This document shows, one piece after another, positions 58,227 through 64,000 of a stretch of 64,000 nt of DNA (position 1 is its first letter; each line of letters begins with the position of its first letter). Where the stretch lies: contig OZ246001.1 in assembly GCA_965230295.1 (NCBI GenBank), positions 1,088,001 to 1,152,000 of the forward strand. Reading direction: 5' to 3'. Source of the DNA: Marinicella sp. (GTDB taxonomy: Bacteria; Pseudomonadota; Gammaproteobacteria; Xanthomonadales; Marinicellaceae). Position numbers and translations under genes: made by a program. Below the pieces are notes generated by a model that saw nothing but the letters and a program-made list of their open reading frames with translations, did no database searches and was not told the origin of the DNA.

Positions 58227-59030
58227 ATGTCTTCAATCATTGATGCACTGAAAAAATCTGACAAAAACCGCACCACAACTTCTGGCGCCAATGTCAATCA
58301 AATCAAATTCAACAATGAACCGCCTGCCAAGAGTCGCAAAGGATTCTGGTTGTTGGTGGTCTTTTTATTGTTGATTGCAGCCGCTGTGTTTGCCTGGCAA
58401 AGAGGTTGGCATCACAGTGTCATCGCCAAAGCCAAACATTGGCTGGGAGATGGATCCAACAGTGAATTGACAGACACTTCTCATGAAAATAATCAAACAG
58501 TCAATACGCAACCCAAACAACAAGCCAACCCAAAGGCTACCAACAAAAAGCCAAACAACAAGTTAACGCCACCAAAAGCCAATGAAGTTAAGGCCAAATC
58601 TGTCAGCAAAGCCGAAGATAAAAAACAAACTTTGACAGCGAATCAACCACCCACGAAAGATCAGGCTGCCACCAAAGAAACCACAGACAATCAAAAAGAC
58701 TCCATCACGCTCATTTCAGACAACCAGGCGATCCCAGATAAGAAAAAGGCTGAAATGAAAAAAATAGAAGATCGCAAATCATTGGAACCCAAGCTGAAAC
58801 AAGATTACTTGTTGATTCACCAGATTGACTTTGAGATCCGCAAGAACATCCCTCCTGTCAAGCTGAACATCCACATATTCGACCCGGATCCAAATAACCG
58901 CATGGTCATCATGAACGGCATAAAATTTGTGACTGGTGATGTGATCGAAGAAATTGTTAAGGTGAAAGAGATTGTTGAAGAAGGCGTGGTACTTGAGTTT
59001 GAAAACATCCGATTTTTAGTGCCTAAGTGA
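58227..59030 (+). CDS. exeB: ExeB/GspB general secretion pathway protein B
   Basis: MSSIIDALKKS start, TM segment, low-complexity linker, C-terminal T2SSB-like domain (L..HIF...R.V..NG....GD....V.EI...GV). Confidence 0.85.
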   Translation: MSSIIDALKKSDKNRTTTSGANVNQIKFNNEPPAKSRKGFWLLVVFLLLIAAAVFAWQRGWHHSVIAKAKHWLGDGSNSELTDTSHENNQTVNTQPKQQANPKATNKKPNNKLTPPKANEVKAKSVSKAEDKKQTLTANQPPTKDQAATKETTDNQKDSITLISDNQAIPDKKKAEMKKIEDRKSLEPKLKQDYLLIHQIDFEIRKNIPPVKLNIHIFDPDPNNRMVIMNGIKFVTGDVIEEIVKVKEIVEEGVVLEFENIRFLVPK

Positions 59031-59659
59031 TCAATTTTTCAAATTTAAAGCCCAACCACTTTCCCTATGTTTCATTGGTGTTCTCATTGGTCTTTCTGTT
59101 TTTTTTGGTTTTGTCAGAATACAGCCAATTTCAGAATCAATTGATGGATCAATACGCCATCAAGACCAAAGAATATTGGAACCTCATCCAACACCAACCC
59201 ACTGAAGTCTTTCGCTTAATCACCGCCCAGTTTTTACATGGAAACATCTTGCATTGGGTGATCAACAATTCCGTATTCCTGTTATTGTCATTTGCCATTG
59301 AACGCGTTATCGGTTGGCAAAAGTTTTTATTGGTGTTTTTATTCTCGGGTATTGTAGGCAATGTATTTGCCAGTTATTTCATGCAAGATCAGGACAATTT
59401 ATTGATCGGGGCCAGTGGTGCAGTTTCTGGCTTAATCGGTTTGTGGCTGGTGATGTTTCCAGATAAAAAAATCAATTTCATCTTGCCCATAGGTTTATAC
59501 TTTCAAAAAACATCCATGCCCATCGCAGTGGTCATTATTCTGTGGCTGATCGTTCAAATCATCCTACAATTCCAACCCAACCCCTCATATGACATCGCAT
59601 GGATCAGTCACATCATGGGTTTTACAACTGGTTTTTTACTGGCTTGGTTTGTAAAATAA
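59027..59659 (+). CDS. Rhomboid family intramembrane serine protease
   Basis: FLHG..LH...N, GASGA, SH..GF. Confidence 0.88.
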   Translation: MINFSNLKPNHFPYVSLVFSLVFLFFLVLSEYSQFQNQLMDQYAIKTKEYWNLIQHQPTEVFRLITAQFLHGNILHWVINNSVFLLLSFAIERVIGWQKFLLVFLFSGIVGNVFASYFMQDQDNLLIGASGAVSGLIGLWLVMFPDKKINFILPIGLYFQKTSMPIAVVIILWLIVQIILQFQPNPSYDIAWISHIMGFTTGFLLAWFVK

Positions 59660-59686
59660 CAACAATGCACCCATTTTCAGCAGGAC

Positions 59687-60010
59687 ATGAAGAGCAAAAC
59701 CTTATACCGCATCAATTACATCACCAACAGTGAAGTGTATGAATTGTATGCCAAAGCCATCAACAGCAATGAACTGCTCGGTTTCATCTCCCTGTCTGAC
59801 TTGGTTTTTGAAGTCAATTCAGGCGTGGTCATTGACCCCGTTGAAGAGCGGTTAAAAACCGAGTTCAACGACGTCAAATCTTTACATATCCCAATTCAAA
59901 ATGTTTTAAAGATTGAAGAGGTTGAACAGAAAAAATCGTGTAAAATCAAAGCATTGAAAACACATGCCCAGACTGCAAAGTTGCCGCAACAACCAGGATC
60001 CATTAAATGA
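59687..60010 (+). CDS. DUF1820 family protein
   Basis: YRI......YE.YA, L.GF, V.DP.EERLK.EF..VK...IP. Confidence 0.85.
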   Translation: MKSKTLYRINYITNSEVYELYAKAINSNELLGFISLSDLVFEVNSGVVIDPVEERLKTEFNDVKSLHIPIQNVLKIEEVEQKKSCKIKALKTHAQTAKLPQQPGSIK

Positions 60011-61338
60011 GCCAAACACATATATTAATCGTTGATGATGAACCGGACATCCGCAACTTGATTTCTGAAATTTTGACCGATGAAGGCTATCAGGTCTCCA
60101 CTGCAGATGGTGGCCAGGCAGCCAATCAACAATTACAGCAAATTTCTCCAGATCTGGTGTTGTTAGACATATGGATGCCTGACATTGACGGCATCAGTTT
60201 ATTAAAAACCTGGAATCAAAACCAGAACATGCCATTTTCAGTGGTGATGATGTCAGGTCACGGTACCATTGAAACAGCCATTGAAGCCACTAAAATGGGA
60301 GCCAGAGACTTTGTTGAAAAACCCATCTCATTGGCCAAATTATTACAAACCATTGAACAAACATTGTCATCCAGTCATACAGATCAAGGCCTGAATGACA
60401 TCAAGCAAGAATGGCAAGTACTGGAACCCATTGGCAGCTCAGCTGCGGCCAATGAAATGCGCAGCTGCATAGAAAAATTAAGTAAAACCACCACCAACAC
60501 CTTATTCGTAGGCGACAGCGGCACGGGCAAATTAACAATGGCTTTGTTGTTGCATCACCACCGCCATCACGATAACCAGGCGGTTGTGATCATCGACAGC
60601 CTGACTTTAACCGATGCCAACATCGATGAGTTGCTGGAACAACACCACCAATTGCTCATCAAACACCACCAAACCGGTTCAATCATATTGACCAACATTG
60701 ATTGTTTGACCGCTTCTTTACAAACCAAATTACTGATTCACATCAAACAATGGCAATTGCCACACCAGAATAACCCGGTACAATTGTTATCGACCACTCA
60801 ACAAGACATCAAGCTGATGGTCAGCAATGACGAATTTGATCGTGAACTGTATGAGTTTGTGGCTGAATTCACTGTTCCGGTTTGTGCCTTGAGCGAGCGT
60901 GCAGAAGATGTCCCGGAGTTGCTAAACTTTTACATTAATTTTTTACCAGACCAAGAACAAACACCCTATCGGAAAATGTCATTTGCCGCCCAAAACCATT
61001 TGCGCAACTACAATTGGCCGGGTAATTTACGTGAATTGAAAAATCTGGTCAGGCAATTACAACTGCAACCGGGTGAGGCTGAGATTCAACTGGAGGAAGT
61101 GGCTGAACTGATGCGTCAAGCACAACAAGAGGAAAGCAACTCTTCACAAAGCACCCGTTATGATTTAGAACTCAGGGAAGCCAGAGAAGAGTTTGAACGC
61201 GATTACCTGCTGTATCATTTACGTAAAGTGGATGGCAAAGTGGGTGACTTGGCCAAAATTTCAGGCATGGAACGCACCAATTTGTACCGCAAACTTCGCG
61301 CCCTTAACATCAACCCCAAGAACGCGGATCAATCATGA
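60007..61338 (+). CDS. NtrX-like response regulator (REC + degenerate AAA+ + Fis-type HTH)
   Basis: VDDE, LDIWMP, MSGHG.IE.A, EKP; Walker A GDSGTGK; no GAFTGA; WPGN.REL; LREAREEFER; GMERT.LYRKL. Confidence 0.85.
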   Translation: MSQTHILIVDDEPDIRNLISEILTDEGYQVSTADGGQAANQQLQQISPDLVLLDIWMPDIDGISLLKTWNQNQNMPFSVVMMSGHGTIETAIEATKMGARDFVEKPISLAKLLQTIEQTLSSSHTDQGLNDIKQEWQVLEPIGSSAAANEMRSCIEKLSKTTTNTLFVGDSGTGKLTMALLLHHHRHHDNQAVVIIDSLTLTDANIDELLEQHHQLLIKHHQTGSIILTNIDCLTASLQTKLLIHIKQWQLPHQNNPVQLLSTTQQDIKLMVSNDEFDRELYEFVAEFTVPVCALSERAEDVPELLNFYINFLPDQEQTPYRKMSFAAQNHLRNYNWPGNLRELKNLVRQLQLQPGEAEIQLEEVAELMRQAQQEESNSSQSTRYDLELREAREEFERDYLLYHLRKVDGKVGDLAKISGMERTNLYRKLRALNINPKNADQS

Positions 61339-62711
61339 AAATCATTATCCTCGGTGCAGGACAAGTGGGGGCATCAATCGCTGAACACTTGTCACATGAA
61401 AACAATGATGTGACGGTGGTAGATACCGATTCAGAACGTTTGAGTGACATGCAAAACAAGTTCGACATCAGAACGGTTCATGGCTATGCTTCTCACCCAT
61501 CGGTATTGATCAGGGCCGGTGCCAACGATGCTGACATGGTCGTGGCACTGACCAATTCCGACGAGGTCAACATGGTTGCTTGTCAGGTTTGTTACAGCAT
61601 CTTTAACACCCCAACGAAGATCGCTCGCATCCGTGAAGCCGAATATGCGTCACACCCTGAAATGTTTGAGCATGAGCATGTACCCATCGATTTTCACATC
61701 TCACCAGAACAGTTGGTCACCCGTCATATTCAAGGCTTGATTGAATATGCAGGCGCCCTTCAAGTGATGGATTTTGCCCAAGGGCTGGCCCAGTTGGTCA
61801 CCATAAAAGTCAGAAAAGATGGACCATTGGTTGATCAACAACTGCGAGAGTTTGATCACCTGTTACCTGAAGGGGTTGATGCCCGAGTGGCAGCGATTTT
61901 CAGAGACAACAAGTCAGTTTTCCCGGACGGTGATGCGGTACTCAAGACCGGTGACGTGGTGTTTTTATTGGCAGCTCGCAAACACATCAACAAAATCATG
62001 GAAGCCTGGCACAAAAGTGATAAAAGCAGTTATAAAATCATTTTGGCCGGTGGCGGTAACATTGGCTTTAATTTGGCAAAAGCACTGGAACGCCAACACT
62101 CAGTCAAAATCATTGAGTACAACAAGACCCGGTCCAGGTTCATTGCTGAAGAGTTAACCAAAGCATTGGTGATTCGAGGTGACTGTACGTCAGAAGAATT
62201 GTTGAATGAAGAAAACATCAACCATACCGACATTTTCTGCGCCCTGACCAATGACGATCAAGCCAACTTGTTATCTGCATTGATGGCCAAAAAAATGGGT
62301 GCTAAAAAAGTATTGACCCTGATCAACAAACAAAATTACGCCCAATTGATCGAAAAAGACACCATTGACATCGCCATCTCACCTCAACACATCACCATGG
62401 GTGGTATTTTGGCTCATGTTCGCGGTGACTACACCGCCAGGGTACATACCTTACGCTCAGGAGAGGCTGAAGCCATCGAAGTTGAAGTCACAGGTGACAG
62501 CACCTCTTCAAAAGTGGTCGGCAAAATGATTCAGGACATCAACCTGCCTCCCGGTTGTAACATTGGTGGCATCATCCGCCAGGAGAAAGTGATGATGGCA
62601 CACCGCAATGTGGTCATTGAAAGCAAAGACCACTTGATCATGTTTGTGACTGACAAACGCAACATCAACGATCTGAAGCGTTTGTTTGAAGTGGACGCCT
62701 CGTTCCTGTGA
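61335..62711 (+). CDS. trkA: Trk potassium uptake system NAD-binding subunit
   Basis: MKIIILGAGQVG, second GGGNIG, two RCK units. Confidence 0.97.
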   Translation: MKIIILGAGQVGASIAEHLSHENNDVTVVDTDSERLSDMQNKFDIRTVHGYASHPSVLIRAGANDADMVVALTNSDEVNMVACQVCYSIFNTPTKIARIREAEYASHPEMFEHEHVPIDFHISPEQLVTRHIQGLIEYAGALQVMDFAQGLAQLVTIKVRKDGPLVDQQLREFDHLLPEGVDARVAAIFRDNKSVFPDGDAVLKTGDVVFLLAARKHINKIMEAWHKSDKSSYKIILAGGGNIGFNLAKALERQHSVKIIEYNKTRSRFIAEELTKALVIRGDCTSEELLNEENINHTDIFCALTNDDQANLLSALMAKKMGAKKVLTLINKQNYAQLIEKDTIDIAISPQHITMGGILAHVRGDYTARVHTLRSGEAEAIEVEVTGDSTSSKVVGKMIQDINLPPGCNIGGIIRQEKVMMAHRNVVIESKDHLIMFVTDKRNINDLKRLFEVDASFL

Positions 62712-62729
62712 TGTCATGAATACACTGTT

Positions 62730-64000
62730 ATGAATCCTCGCCTGATCGCAAAAATTATTGGTTTGTTGTTACTGGTGTCCAGTTTCATGATGCTGCCACC
62801 TGCATTGGTGGGTTTCATCTATCAGGATGGTGACATCTTGCCGTTTATTGAAGGCTTTGCCACATTGGCATTGATAGGCGCCATCCCATTCTTCATGTAC
62901 CGGAAGATTGACGCTGAATTGAAAATTCGCAGCGGATTTTTGGTGGTTGGGGCTTCCTGGTTGATTGTTGGATTGGCCGGCGCTTTACCACTGTTTCTGT
63001 CAAACCACATGAACTTGTCGGTGACTGATGCCATTTTTGAATCCATATCAGGTTTGACCACCACCGGGGCCACGATTTTAACCAACATCGATGAATTGCC
63101 ACACTCCATAAAATACTATCGCCAGCAATTACAATGGTTCGGTGGAATGGGCATCATTGTATTGGCAGTGGCTGTTCTGCCCATGCTGCGCATTGGTGGT
63201 ATGCAGATCTTTCGGGCCGAAACACCCGGCCCCATGAAAGACCAAAAACTCACCCCGCGCATCACCGAAACGGCCAAAGCATTGTGGTACATTTACCTCG
63301 GTATCACAGTCATGTGTACCATGAGTTATTACATGGCAGGGATGAACATGTTTGATGCCATTTGCCATGCATTTTCCACGATTTCAATCGGCGGCTTCTC
63401 AACCTACAATGATTCCATGGGTCATTTCAGCAATTCTTTGATTGAAGTGATCGCAGTGATTTTCATGGTCATTGCAGGCATCAACTTTGCCTCCCATTTC
63501 CTGGCTTGGAAATCAGCTTCAATCCGAACTTACTTGATCGATACTGAAGTGCGTGTGTTTCTTGGCTTTCTGGCGGTGGCCTCTGCCATCACCTCTTTTC
63601 AATTGTATGTTTCAGGAACCTCGGATTCATTGTATGAGTCCATCCGTCAAGGTACTTTCCAGGCAGTGTCAGTCGGTACCACTACGGGCTTCACCACTGA
63701 ATCATTTCATTTGTGGCCAGGTGCTCTGCCATTGTTACTGATTCTGTTCAGCACCATAGGTGGTTGCGCTGGTTCCACCGCTGGTGGTTTCAAGGTCATC
63801 CGCATGATTTTACTGTTTAAAATGAGCATGCGCGAGTTACATCGCTTGATTCACCCTCATGGCAAGTACCTGGTTAAAATCAATGGTAAAACAGTCAATT
63901 ACCGGGTGTTGGATTCAGTCTCGGCATTCTTTGTTCAGTTCTTGTTCTTGTGGTGTGTATTCACCTTATTGCTGGCTGGTTTTGGTGAAAACATCACTAC
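62730..64000 (+). CDS. trkH: Trk potassium uptake membrane protein, 3'-truncated by window edge
   Basis: Hand translation from the ATG at 62730 gives MNPRLIAKIIGLLLL...FESISGLTTTGAT...QWFGGMGIIV...GGCAGSTAGG.K. Confidence 0.93.
   Translation, partial: MNPRLIAKIIGLLLLVSSFMMLPPALVGFIYQDGDILPFIEGFATLALIGAIPFFMYRKIDAELKIRSGFLVVGASWLIVGLAGALPLFLSNHMNLSVTDAIFESISGLTTTGATILTNIDELPHSIKYYRQQLQWFGGMGIIVLAVAVLPMLRIGGMQIFRAETPGPMKDQKLTPRITETAKALWYIYLGITVMCTMSYYMAGMNMFDAICHAFSTISIGGFSTYNDSMGHFSNSLIEVIAVIFMVIAGINFASHFLAWKSASIRTYLIDTEVRVFLGFLAVASAITSFQLYVSGTSDSLYESIRQGTFQAVSVGTTTGFTTESFHLWPGALPLLLILFSTIGGCAGSTAGGFKVIRMILLFKMSMRELHRLIHPHGKYLVKINGKTVNYRVLDSVSAFFVQFLFLWCVFTLLLAGFGENIT

Noticed and set aside
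59027-59659. Rhombosortase or the rhomboids as processors of the IFxxGFE tag
   Set aside because: The active-site context is generic (GASGA, not GLSG.LHG), and the tag has no TM helix for intramembrane cleavage.
157-63741. Numerous 60-180 aa ORFs antisense or out-of-frame within identified genes
   Set aside because: They are shadow ORFs of well-supported genes and have no motifs of their own.

Overview
A gene-dense, roughly 45% GC (by eye) chromosomal window from a marine Gammaproteobacterium. The gene content suggests a Marinicella/Xanthomonadales-like organism, but this is inference only. Recognisable blocks: an M1 aminopeptidase; a Mo-hydroxylase cluster (iorB/iorA-like, xdhC, mocA); three c-di-GMP enzymes; several secreted peptidases/hydrolases; mnmG; a class GN sortase with its VIT-vWA target; tcdA/tatD; a complete cytochrome c oxidase operon with assembly genes; an ECF sigma factor/Ser-Thr kinase pair; putA; exeA/exeB; an NtrX-like regulator; and trkA/trkH. 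I found no rRNA, tRNA, CRISPR array, prophage or transposase. Non-coding elements include a 267-bp MITE with 26-bp inverted repeats, two to three REP-like palindrome families and a 107-bp tandem duplication. The most striking observation is that four unrelated signal-peptide-bearing proteins end in the same short motif, [D/P]x-I-F-x-x-G-F-(E): an M36 protease, a DUF1028 Ntn-hydrolase, a beta-propeller-like protein (two tandem copies) and a choice-of-anchor-Q-like protein. The motif has no transmembrane segment and looks like an uncharacterised C-terminal sorting or docking signal.
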